A stretch of DNA of 64,000 nucleotides from Rebecca billardiae RCC1528 (Eukaryota > Protista > Haptophyta), in contig OZ251226.1 of the NCBI GenBank assembly GCA_965240325.2, positions 3,348,001 to 3,412,000 on the forward strand, written 5' to 3'. Positions 1 through 10,133 of the stretch are shown piece after piece (position 1 is the stretch's first letter; every line of letters starts with the position of its first letter). A model generated the notes under the pieces. That model had not been told where the DNA came from. It worked only from the letters and a program-made list of their open reading frames with translations, and ran no database searches. The translations under genes were made by a program, and so were the position numbers.

Positions 1-209
1 CTCAAGCTGCGACCGCGCTCGCCAAGCCTGCCACTCGGGTTCCAGCAGCAGCAGGAAGCGTCGCCTGCCCCTCCTGCTTGCTGGCTCGTCGAGGCGCGCG
101 CGGCGCACCGCCCGCCAGTCGGTGCGTTGTGTCCCAGCTGGCAGTACGCCTTGGACTTCCTCCTCCACGGGCCAATCAGCCTGCGTTGACGAGTGCGACT
201 GGCGCACGG

Positions 210-761
210 TCAGCCACCTGCACACGGTTGGCCATAGGGCAGTCTGCTGTTGGAGTGATGACAATCGCAAAAAGGCACGCGCCAGCAGTGTTGCACGAGC
301 GAGAGCGACGCGCGTTGGTTGATCGCCACGGTGTGAATGACAGTCGATGGCAGGCAGTGAGGGGGACGCGCGTCGCGTTGGTCAAGCTCCTTGAGGCCGT
401 TGAAGAGCACACGCCCGTCATGCACGTTCGAATCCCGCGAATCGGGGCGCAGCAACACACGCTCACCCTGCTTCACGCGTGCACCTGCATGCGCTGCCGT
501 CGCAATGTCATCGACTGCGCGCTTGACGGTCCCGGAGTCGAAGTGAGCACGGAGCAACGCCGATTCGATAGAAGTCGCGACGGATTCTCGCCCGTCTCCG
601 CGTAGACGGCGAGTAGCCCGAGGTGCACGCGCGTGTTGCACTGCGCGCGCATGCGGCAGCGTTTGTGCAGATTCCGGTCCACGGTTCAGCTCGTCGTTCG
701 ACTTGATGATGTCGAGGAACACGGCGCTACCCCGGCAGAGATCGTCGTCGTTGAACGTCAC
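210..761 (-). pseudogene. Degraded coding remnant of unknown protein, probably TE-internal
   Basis: Codons ending in G/C over FNDDDLCRGSAVFLDIIKSNDELN. Lies next to TIR-like repeats at 901-992. No recognisable motif. Confidence 0.25.
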
Positions 762-900
762 TCTTCTGGCCTGGGATCAGCTAGGCCTGCTCAAGGGCAC
801 GCCGCGCACGCCGGCGGCGCGTGGGCGCAAGCGCCATCATCAGCGCGTGGGCGATCGCGGCAACAAACCTGAATCAAAGATGCGCAAACGGCAATCAATA

Positions 901-1040
901 CTCGCCTGCCTGAGCTGTGTGCGTCTCTTATTCTTAGTAAACTGTAATCTCGCCTGCCTGAGCTGTGTGCGTCTCTTATTCTTAGTAAACTGTACAGTTT
1001 ACTAAGAATAAGAGACGCACACAGCTCAGGCAGGCGAGAT
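901..1040. repeat. Three copies of a 44-46 bp TIR-like unit: two tandem, then one inverted, each joined by TA
   Basis: ctcgcctgcctgagctgtgtgcgtctcttattcttagtaaactg at 901-944 and within 947-992, TA at 945-946 and 993-994, reverse complement at 995-1040. Confidence 0.9.
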
Positions 1041-1351
1041 TGACGCCCGCCAACTGTCACCGCCCATGAAGCCGTCGCCGATGGTAGCGCCGCCGGAAAA
1101 ATTCGTTCAGCCGTCCGCCTGCGAGGCCTGGATGAGGGCTGCGGCCGCCTCGCGGCGCGCCAGCGCCCGTCGTCCTCGCCCCACCGTCGTCCACAAAACG
1201 TCGTCGTCCGAACTCGCCGACTGGGCGCCGATGCGACAGCGCGCCGACAGAATGAGGATGTAGTAGGGAATGTAGAGCCCCACTGTCGGTTGGGGAAGGT
1301 GTGTATCAAGCGGCATGACTGGGGTAGCTCATCACACAGAAGGCCTGGCCC

Positions 1352-2404
1352 TCAGGTGATATGTGCCCCAGTGTGGCGAGTCGGCCTCAAAGCCGGCGGC
1401 AGGGTTCTGTGGCCCGGAGCAGGGTTTGCTGGCGCATCAGCTGTGTGGGCCGGGGCGTCCGGCTGTTTGCGTTTGCGGGCCGGGGCCGGCACTGATGCCA
1501 CCCCACCGCTCATGCTGGCCTGCATGTATGGCTGCTGCCCAAGGTCAGCCCCTGCTGGCTTCTCCCGGGCAGGCTGTGTCGGCGCGCCGGGTGCGCGCGA
1601 AGCGTCGTTGTGCTGGTGTGGAGCTGCAGTCATGCCTGCGCCGCGCGTGCGGCTCTGGCACAGCCTGGCAGACTTGCGTAGGGGCGGGGCGTCCGGCCCC
1701 GCAGGCGTCGGGGGTCTGGGCTGGTCAGGAGAGGGGGCGCCAGGCCAGAGAGGCTGCTTCAGGGTATCGGAATCCGGGCGGCTCCGTTTGGCCGGCGGGC
1801 CACGCCCCACCGCAGGGGGGTCGCCACGCGGCGCGACGGGTGGTGCTTGAGCGCCGGCGCTGCTGCTGGCACCTCCTTGGCTACACCCCCGGGGGTGTCC
1901 AAGCGGGGGGGCGAGTGCCACCGGTGACTGGGGGCTGCCTGTGCAGGCCCTGTGCATAGGGCGCTTACCGGTGCCTGCAGCGGTGCTGGGCGGAGGCAGC
2001 GCAGAGCTGTCCGGCAACCGCCGCTGCCCATCACCAGCACCTGTGCCATGGTCTTCAGGGCAGTCGTCTGGCCGGTCCCTGGGCTGTTTGCCGCGCCGGT
2101 TGCTTGTGGGGCAGCTCTCCCTGTCCTTGAGCCCCGGTCGGCTCGGCAGCGGCAGCACAGGCTCGTAGTGCCCGGTGCCATCAAAGTACACTGCTGCAAG
2201 AGTTGGGTCACGCGCAAGGAGGCGTTCGCGTACCGACTGTTGCTGGCGCGGGCCCACTGGAGCTCCTGCAGGCTCCCCCTGCGGGTGTTGCCAGCGTTGG
2301 GGGTCCGTATACACTGGGTTGTTCATGCTGGACCACCGCGGCACGTGCCTATACAGCGTGCACGCCACCAGGTGCCCGACTGCATACAGTACAACTGACC
2401 CACA
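1352..2404 (-). pseudogene. 5'-truncated ORF with OTU-protease-like C-terminal motifs followed by a low-complexity tail
   Basis: CGSVVLYAVGHLVACTLYRH resembles the OTU WG..EL.A helix and AAVYFDGTGHYEPVL resembles the catalytic His strand. No catalytic Cys segment seen. Confidence 0.3.
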
Positions 2405-2438
2405 CTACGCGACGGCAATACAGCTGAACAAAGTATTG

Positions 2439-4480
2439 CACAGTAAAGAAATCGATTTTCGGCGTTACCGTAACCCGTCCGCGCTTCCGCCCAGTGGGGA
2501 TGCGCTGGAATTTTTTTCATGCCCCGTTCGCGGCACTTCGCGCCGCCACAGTGGAGAAAGATCGGGCCGAAGCCCGTTTGAGCATGGTCGTTCGTGCGCA
2601 CGCCCATTCGAATCGATGGCGCGCTCCGAGCGGCGGGCGTGCGCGTATTTTTGCCGCGAGGGGGGCTGCGAGGCGTCGGCCGGCTTACCAAGGCGGTTCC
2701 CCGGGGCGGCGTCACCCTCGCCCGCCCCTCCTCGCCCACCCTCGCTCCACGGGCGGCCACACGTGAGCTGTTAAGATGACTTCACGGGGGCCGCGCGGCA
2801 CGCGCGCGGAGAGGCGAGGAAGTGGTGTTTCGCGGAAAAACGTTCTATAGCATTGTGCTCAACCCATGTGGTCACCCGCTCCACAAGTTTGTACGCCGCC
2901 AAACCGCACACAGCGGCCTGAGCAGCTCCCAGACTGACTTTCGCTCTTGAAGCCTGTTTTTGGGCCAGATCTTGGTGTGGATGTAGCGCGGCGAGGAGGC
3001 GCCGGGCGCGCGCCCGAGCTGCGTGCTGGCACTCGCCATGACCCATAGGCATCGTCCGTCGCGAACGACCCGGCTCGCCTCGACCTCTCCGACCCGCCGG
3101 GCAGCCACGACCGAGCGCGCAGCCAACGGTGTCCAAACAGAGGCTTCTCAGACCGCGTGGGATGGGCATAGGCGCGAGAGAGGGCGCCCAGCGCGCTCTT
3201 GAGATGCACAGGAGCACGCACTGATGCGTATGGAACCATCCCATCACGATCGCCCCGACCTGGCGCGCCCTATCTGGCCCGTCAGGCTGCCCGCGCCGCC
3301 GCCGCCGCGCCACGCCGCCGCCACAGGCGCCGCCGCATCGCGGGCACGTGGGTAAGTCTGTATTCAACAAATACAGAATTTCCGGTGCGGCCCTCTTTTG
3401 GGCGGCAAGGTCGATCTGGTCGACACCTGCCGCGCGGCATGGGCCACGGCGCGGCGAGGTGGCGGCTGGCGCACCGCGGCGCGGGCGGGATGGCTCGAGG
3501 ACACCACCGCCCCGCCTCCCACGCCGCGCCGAGCGCGTGCGCCGTGCTCTCGTCGCGTACCGAATTTCCTGCGGCGAGCGACGCCACACAGCGCGACCAT
3601 GCCATCGCGCGACGAGGTGCGTTCAGCTCAGCGATTTGTCGTATTTGTTGAATACATGCGGGTACGAATCGGACGCACGACGCCCTCGACGCACACGTCG
3701 AGAGCCACGCGCGCGGCGTGGACTGGCACGCGACGCGGAGATGGCGGGCGCGGTGCCGCGGGCGCGCGACTGGTCTAGAACAGCACAATGAAGCGTGGGA
3801 CGGCGCCGCGCGCGTGGGCTCGCTGCCGTCTCCTCGCAGTCGAATATTTCTGTGCACCCTCCTACCAGGTCAGTCGACCGACTTGCACGCGGCATGCGAG
3901 CACTGCGTGCGGGGAGGAGTGTGACATGGCAGGCTGTGGCGAGGTGGATGGCCGTGCAGGAGTATGCTAGGAAGGGCCGCTCCCGCGCTCGCGCGGTGCC
4001 TCGCGCACGCCTCGTCGAGGACGAGCGTGTTTGAATGGCTCCGGGGAGGCCTGAGACTTCGCTTGTTCACAGCAGCGCGCGACAGGTGCACACAACGAAG
4101 GTGACGACCAGGCACTCCGGCGAGGGCGGCTGTGCTGGCAGCAGACTGCATTCGGAGTAAGATGCGCCATCTTACGCGCCGCTTCGCCTCGCTGCATCGC
4201 CGCACTGAGCAGCAGGGCTCCACGCTCACGAATGGCTCACCACGAGCTACGTGACCGGCCAGCCGCGTGCAACCCGGCGAGGCAGAGAGGGGCGGAGGGA
4301 TGGGGAGGCTGGGTGGGATGTTGCAGTCCCATGCCCGGGGCACTCGCCAGGCGCCTGCGCGACCACCGTAGCGTCGTCTGTGCGCTCGTGCGGCCCGCGC
4401 GAGAATTTCCCCGAAAATCGGCTCGTGTCGGACGCCTCGGACGGGTTACGGTAACGATAATCCCGTTTTTGTTCACTGTG
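2439..4480. mobile_element. Non-autonomous CAC-terminated DNA element (CACTA/Mirage/Chapaev-like) with 2-bp TG target duplication
   Basis: Both ends read CACAGT-N18-CGTTACCGTAACCCGTCCG in inverted orientation. TG at 2437-2438 and 4481-4482. Confidence 0.7.
3359..3656. repeat. Perfect 16-bp inverted repeat pair, possible MITE remnant
   Basis: tgtattcaacaaatac at 3359-3374 and gtatttgttgaataca at 3641-3656. No TSD found. Confidence 0.5.
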
Positions 4481-4612
4481 TGGGCCATCATCCACGGCAA
4501 TAATACACCTGACACAAGTATTCGACGTTGGCAACAAGATAAAAGATTCACACGTGATTCCCAAAGACATGGAAAACGGCAATACACCTGACCACGGTAT
4601 ATATATATATAT

Positions 4613-4993
4613 GCAGCTGCGCGCCGCTTGGCCGGCGCGCGGCGACGCGCACTACGACCTCATCCTCATCCAGGCGCCCACGCGGGCGCACGGGGGCGAC
4701 AGCCGCGGCTGCCGCTTGCCGGAGCTGCTCGCCGCTAGGTCGGCGGGCGGCGACATCGACTACGACCTCACCCTCATCCAAGTGCTCCGGAAGGCGCTCG
4801 GCCGCGGCGGCATCTGCCGTCGCCGCCGTGTGCCCCAGGCCGAGGCGGTGCTCCATCCCGGCCCCGCTCCCGTATAGGGGGGCAGGGCTGCGGGTGGCGC
4901 ACTGTCTGACCTGGTCGGAAGGCGCGGACGCAGTCCGTATGTGTCTGTTGCACTCTTGAGCCTGACGCTTGTCCGATGCTGCCACGTCGTTAA
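4613..4993 (+). mobile_element. 5'-truncated 3' fragment related to the RLE non-LTR element at 48643-49872
   Basis: TA-rich runs on both sides. Its end tgacgcttgtccgatgctgccacgtcgttaa resembles tgacgcctgcccgttgcataccacgtcgttaa at 49801. Confidence 0.55.
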
Positions 4994-5588
4994 ATATTAA
5001 TAATATATATAAGCCCCGTACAATGACGGTACAATTATATATATACATATAATTATTATATTATATAAATACTTACGTACTGTCGTCTGCCTGAGCTGTG
5101 TGCGTCTCTTATTCTTAGTAAACTGTAGTAATATACCGTTAGAGCTAGTACCAGTCATTCTTCATTCAGAGTCAGACCGTGCCCGGGTGACCGTGCCAGC
5201 CTCCGTCACACTCAGACACACTAGCCGAGTCGACGCACTCTGACTCACTGATTGAGATATTATAGCTATGCATCATATATCACTCGGAGACTGGCCGACA
5301 GACGAGAGCGCGGTGCCCGTGCCGGCTATAAGTCTGAACTAAGACTACGGACGGACACGGCCGCGCCACGCCGCCGACGGGCACGGCGTCGGGACACGGT
5401 ATACTACGTACGGCTAACGGACTGCGCTTCGTGCCGACCGGCCACGGGCCCGCCACGGAGTGCAGAGTCAGGACGGAGGCTCGAGCGCACCTCGGCGCCT
5501 GCAGCCGCTGCGGTCGGTCTCGCAGGAGGCTGTGCCGACGCCGATGAGGGATCAGCGGCCGTCGCCTCGCTCGTCACCTCCGGTTCGT

Positions 5589-6554
5589 TCACTTGTCCAG
5601 CCAGCCCACCTCCTCGCGCGTGACAGGCTTGTGCACGGTCGAGTGCGGGCGCAGGGCAAGCGTGCCGTGCGCGTGCGTGACGAGAAGCTCGCCCTCGCCG
5701 CCGTCGGGCTTGAGCTTAAGCCCGCTGATGGACCCGAGCACCTCCCCTACGGCCTTCTCCAGCGGCTGCATCTCCGGTGGCGGCATCATCATCGTCGCCC
5801 TCACGCCGCCCTCCGCGGCGTGCGGCTCGGCGTCAGACAGCTGCACGCTCATCGAGTTGGCCACGCGCGCGCCGATGGACCACGGCTTGTCTCCGACGTG
5901 GAACACGACCTCCGAGATGTAATCCGCGGGAGGCGTGTCGCTCACGAACGCGCTGGGCGCGGCGACCCACTCGCCCGCCATCGACGTGCGCGGCGCGGCG
6001 GCGGGCAGGGCGAACGCCTCTGCGGGCGGGCACGGCTCGACGCGGCTGATGCGCGCCTTGGCCGGGCCGGACGAGAAGGCGATGAGCGGGAAGATGGCGC
6101 CGAGCATGGCGGTCTTGAGCCCGCCCACGTTGAAGGCCTGCCCGAGCCCCTTGCCGTCCTGCGCCAGGTGCATGTTGAGCGTGAACGTGTCGCCGCCCGC
6201 CTCCGGCGCCAGCTCGGCGCGAATGTCGACCGAGCTGCCGGCGTCCAGGCCCGGGCCGAAGCGGCTGCGCTTCAGCCCGCCGCCGTCGCTGAGGTTGCCG
6301 CCGTAGTCGAGCCCCTTGCACTTCCACCCGGCGCCGAAGTGCGCCTCGTCCGTCAGGCCCACCCACACGTTCTCACCCTCGAGAGCTTCCACGCGGAAGC
6401 ACTGAGCCACGCTCCCGTCCGCGGCCGGCACGAGCCCCGGGCCGTCCTGCCAGAGCGCGTTGTACCTGGTCGATTGCGAGGCCTTCTCCGTCACCCACAC
6501 CTCGTTGCCTGCTGCCGCGAGCGTGTTCGAGCCGTCGAGGCGGAAGGACGTCAT
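5589..6554 (-). CDS. SPRY/concanavalin-like plus META (HslJ-like) domain protein
   Basis: ATG at 6554. VWVGLT, GPGLDAGSSV and IFPLIAF are SPRY-like strands. ARVANSM...GGVRATMMMPPPEMQPLE resembles the META signature. Confidence 0.65.
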   Translation of the reverse strand: MTSFRLDGSNTLAAAGNEVWVTEKASQSTRYNALWQDGPGLVPAADGSVAQCFRVEALEGENVWVGLTDEAHFGAGWKCKGLDYGGNLSDGGGLKRSRFGPGLDAGSSVDIRAELAPEAGGDTFTLNMHLAQDGKGLGQAFNVGGLKTAMLGAIFPLIAFSSGPAKARISRVEPCPPAEAFALPAAAPRTSMAGEWVAAPSAFVSDTPPADYISEVVFHVGDKPWSIGARVANSMSVQLSDAEPHAAEGGVRATMMMPPPEMQPLEKAVGEVLGSISGLKLKPDGGEGELLVTHAHGTLALRPHSTVHKPVTREEVGWLDK

Positions 6555-6738
6555 CGTCGCCCGAGAGGAAGGGACGCGAGAAAGTAGGCGGCCGACGACA
6601 CCGGGACCAGGCATCGGTCCGGCCAACAACGGGAGTTGGAGTCCGGTGATGGTTGCAGAGGCGTCAAGGCGACTGGGCGAGCGGCTCGCGACCTCGCGGC
6701 TCGCGTCGACAACCGTCTGGCGGCAGGCAACCACCGCC

Positions 6739-8922
6739 TCACTGCCCGAAGCTGATCTGCTTCTCCGTGTGCTTGGCGATGAGCGGCACCCAGCGCGCGG
6801 CTGCCCCGCCCTCCGCGTCCGCCGCCTCCGCCGCCTCCACCCGCAGCGGCTCCGGGAAGAGCTGCACCGCCTGCCCCCAGCACGAATGCGTCTGCGATGG
6901 CGCGGTGCTGAGCGTGGTCTGCGCGTCCAGCCGCAGCGTGAACCAGAAGACCACCGCGTTGGGCGCCGGGCCCTCGGCCGCGCAGCGCACGCGCAGCCGC
7001 GCCTCGCGCCGCCGCGCGCGCGGGCCCTCCTCCTCCTGCTGCGCCGGCTCTCGCGTGAAGTCGAACTCGAACACGTCGAAGGGCGCGCTGAGCACGGTGT
7101 GCGCGAGCTCGTGCAGCCGGCAGCCCGAGTAGCGCTGCCAGTCCGGGAACGCGAGCGGCGAGACGTCCACGCCGCACACGCCGCCCGCCGCCGCATCCGG
7201 CAGCGGGAAGTTGAGCGCCTCGGGCTGCGGCGGCACGTGCGCGAGGAGCGCGTGCACGAGTGCGCCGCATGGCACGCACGCGGCGCCTGGGGCGAGCAGC
7301 CGCGCCCACGCGTCCTCGAGCGCCGGGAGCACGCCCTCGCCGAGCAGCCCGACGTCGAGGATCTCCGAGACGACGAGCGGCGCGCGCGGCTCCAGCGTCA
7401 GCGCGGACGAGTGCGCGCGCACCACCTGCACGCGCGCCGCCAGCCCGTTGGCCGCCACGATGCGCTGTGCCGCGCGCGCCACGTGAGGCTCCACCTCTGC
7501 GGAGAGCACGCGCGGCGCGCCCGCGCGCGCGGCCATCATGGCGAGCAGCCCCGAGCCCGCGCCGATGTCGAGCACGGGCGGCGGCGGCGGCGCGCCCTCG
7601 CCCTCCGCGCCGCGCAGCGCGCCCGCCGCGCGCTCCACCGCCCGCCGGATCGCCGCCTCGTACGCGCCGTTGCGGCCGAGGTCGTGCATCATCGGGAAGT
7701 GCCAGCGCGCGGCAGAGAGCGCGCACGCGCCGAGGGCGGCGGGCTCGGCGGCGGCGGGCGGCGCGCGGCGCGGGCGCAGGCTCAGCCGCAGCCCCGCGCT
7801 CAGCGCCACGCGCAGCTCGGCGCGCGAGCCGCACTCGAGCGGCGGGTGCACGTGCACGACGCCGTGGCGCGCATTGGCCACAAACGTGGGCGCGCGCGCG
7901 CCCGCGGCGCCGGGCAGCGCGCCGCGAGCCGAGCGCAGCTGCGGCGGGCAGCTCGAGAGCTGCTCGCCGTCCGCCAGCTCGAGCTCCCACCACACGACCA
8001 CCGCATTGCAACGCGCGCCGCTCGCCGCCGCCTCGCCGCCACCGCCGCCACCGCCGCCTTCGCCGCCTTCGCCACCGCCGCCGGCCGGCAGCGACAGCGG
8101 CACGCTGATGTCGGCGTGTGCCGCCAACGCGCCTCCGCCGTCTGCGCCGCCGCCGCTGCCTTCCGCCGCGCCGTCGCCGGCGGCGGCGGCGGCGGCGAGC
8201 ACGCGCACGCCCCTTGGCCGCGCGCCGTGCGGCGAGGCGGCGAGCTCGGCCACGTCCACCTCGAGCAGCGCCACCGCCTCCGAGACGCGCGCCAGCTGCG
8301 CGTGCTCCAGCGCCGCCACCTCCTCCTCGAAGCCGAGCGCGTGGAAGGCGCTCAGGTCAAACCCGCACACGCGCACCTCGAACGGCAGGGTGAGCGCGCG
8401 GGGCTGCGGAGGGAGGTGGACGCACGCGGCGTAGGCGCGCGCGGTGCGCGCCACCGCGCGGATCGGCGGCGCGAGCCCGCGCGGGATCGCCGACGCGAAC
8501 GTCCACGCCGAGCCGACGTCGACGATCAGCACGAGACCCTGCTCGCCCGAGCGCGCGGCGTGCGCCGAGAGCTCGGCGGGCGGGAGCACGCGCACGCGCT
8601 CGGCGAGGCCGTTGCGCGCGGCGACGCGCGTGTACGTCTTGGCGCGCTCGGCGGGCGCGAGCACCGTCGCCTCCGCCGCGCCCGCCCGCAGCGCCAGCAG
8701 CGCGGGCACGCCAAACTTGCCGCTCGCGTCCAGCACGAGCGGCGCCGCGCCGCCGGCGTCGGCGGTGGCCGCGCGCACGGCGTCGGCGAGGCAGCGCGCC
8801 CACAGCTCCATCTTAGGCGTGTCGAGCAGGTGCTGCGCCGCCGCGCGGTGCAGCGTGCGGAACGACTCGACCAGCTCGACCACCGAGCGCGTGGAGCGCA
8901 GCTTGGGCGCCGGCGCGGCCAT
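6739..8922 (-). CDS. Protein arginine methyltransferase, PRMT7/PRMT9-like, with two tandem modules
   Basis: WHFPMMHD..RN..Y, VLDIGAGSGLL, double-E loop SEILDVGLLGE and THSCWGQAV are all in the C-terminal module. The N-terminal copy is degenerate (VLDASGKFG). Confidence 0.85.
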   Translation of the reverse strand: MAAPAPKLRSTRSVVELVESFRTLHRAAAQHLLDTPKMELWARCLADAVRAATADAGGAAPLVLDASGKFGVPALLALRAGAAEATVLAPAERAKTYTRVAARNGLAERVRVLPPAELSAHAARSGEQGLVLIVDVGSAWTFASAIPRGLAPPIRAVARTARAYAACVHLPPQPRALTLPFEVRVCGFDLSAFHALGFEEEVAALEHAQLARVSEAVALLEVDVAELAASPHGARPRGVRVLAAAAAAGDGAAEGSGGGADGGGALAAHADISVPLSLPAGGGGEGGEGGGGGGGGEAAASGARCNAVVVWWELELADGEQLSSCPPQLRSARGALPGAAGARAPTFVANARHGVVHVHPPLECGSRAELRVALSAGLRLSLRPRRAPPAAAEPAALGACALSAARWHFPMMHDLGRNGAYEAAIRRAVERAAGALRGAEGEGAPPPPPVLDIGAGSGLLAMMAARAGAPRVLSAEVEPHVARAAQRIVAANGLAARVQVVRAHSSALTLEPRAPLVVSEILDVGLLGEGVLPALEDAWARLLAPGAACVPCGALVHALLAHVPPQPEALNFPLPDAAAGGVCGVDVSPLAFPDWQRYSGCRLHELAHTVLSAPFDVFEFDFTREPAQQEEEGPRARRREARLRVRCAAEGPAPNAVVFWFTLRLDAQTTLSTAPSQTHSCWGQAVQLFPEPLRVEAAEAADAEGGAAARWVPLIAKHTEKQISFGQ

Positions 8923-9017
8923 TGGGGCTGCGATCGAGAGCCGCGCGCTGCCGACGCAGCCGTCCGGACTCCGGAGTGCTGAACAAGTGCTGACTGCTGA
9001 ATGACGATGGTCCGGGC

Positions 9018-10124
9018 AAGGGAGTCAAGGGTGCCCGCGCCCCAGTGGCGCGCTCGGCGGATGTTGGGATACACCTTTTTGCCCGCGGCCCTGCGGCGGC
9101 GGCGGCGGTGGCGTGCTCCGCTGGCGGGGCGAGCGCACGGGGCACGGCGCTGCGGGCGCGGATGTGCCCGCGAAGCCGGCGCGTGCGGACGGGCTGTTGC
9201 GGGAGAGTATCAGGCGCCCTCCTGCGACGCGCGACTTGCGCCACGCCTCTTTCGCCTCGGCTCAGAGCAGCGCGCACGCACGCGCCGCCTCAAGGCCAGC
9301 CTTGCCGCGCCGCAGCCGACCGCGCGCGCGCCGTGCGCGGCGTGGTCGGGAAGGAACGGGCGCTGCTGCCGGGCGAGATGGCGACATCATGGGCGCACGC
9401 CATGCCGCCCCGCGGCGCCGCGAAAGAGCACGAGAACGGATCCGCACAGCTGTTGACGAGTGCTGATTTCTTGCCGTGCCTGAAGCCAGACCTGAGCTCG
9501 AAGAAGATGATGAAAGAGCATCAGCGCGAGGAAAGCGTCGCACCCAGCACTTCTACATGACCACGCGGTGATGAACATTCATGTAAGAGTAGCCCGCGTG
9601 CCCGTCTGGCACTGTTCTGTGTCTCAATGATCGTCCCGACAACGGTCACGACCGCGAGGCAGTGCACACCATTTGTGACAAGTCGAAAAGGCGTGCAAAC
9701 GGACCGACGACACTCTCGTCAAGGCGTGGCGGGGCGGCATGGCGTGCGCCTATGACGTCGCCATCTCGCCCGGCAGCAGCGCCCGTTCCTTCCCGACCAC
9801 GCCGCGCACGGCGCGCGCGCGGTCGGCTGCGGCGCGGCAAGGCTGGCCTTGAGGCGGCGCGTGCGTGCGCGCTGCTCTGAGCCGAGGCGAAAGAGGCGTG
9901 GCGCAAGTCGCGCGTCGCAGGAGGGCGCCAGATGCTCTCCCGCAACAGCCCGTCCGCACGCGCCGGCTTCGCGGGCACATCCGCGCCCGCAGCGCCGTGC
10001 CCCGTGCGCTCGCCCCGCCAGCGGAGCACGCCACCGCCGCCGCCGCCGCAGGGCCGCGGGCAAAAAGGTGTATCCCAACATCCGCCGTGCGCGCCACTGG
10101 GGCGCGGGCACCCTTGACTCCCTT
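9018..10124. mobile_element. Non-autonomous Mutator/foldback-like element 1
   Basis: About 396-bp TIRs (9018-9413 and 9729-10124) starting AAGGG. 9-bp TSD GGTCCGGGC at 9009-9017 and 10125-10133. Confidence 0.9.
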
Positions 10125-10133
10125 GGTCCGGGC

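Larger units (their letters stand above)
995..5125. mobile_element. Possible TA-flanked Tc1/mariner/pogo-type non-autonomous element carrying nested insertions
   Basis: TA|CAGTTTACTAAGAATAAGAGACGCACACAGCTCAGGCAG at 995 and its inverse ending at 5125|TA. The two could instead be independent solo ends. Confidence 0.5.

Noticed and set aside
901-1040. CRISPR-like array
   Set aside because: No spacers, one copy is inverted, no cas genes, and the context is eukaryotic.
4463-4480. RSS-like heptamer CACAGTG next to nonamer-like ACAAAAACG on the minus strand
   Set aside because: The spacer is 1 bp rather than 12 or 23, the other end lacks the nonamer, and the TSD is 2 bp rather than 5. Not evidence for a RAG/Transib element.
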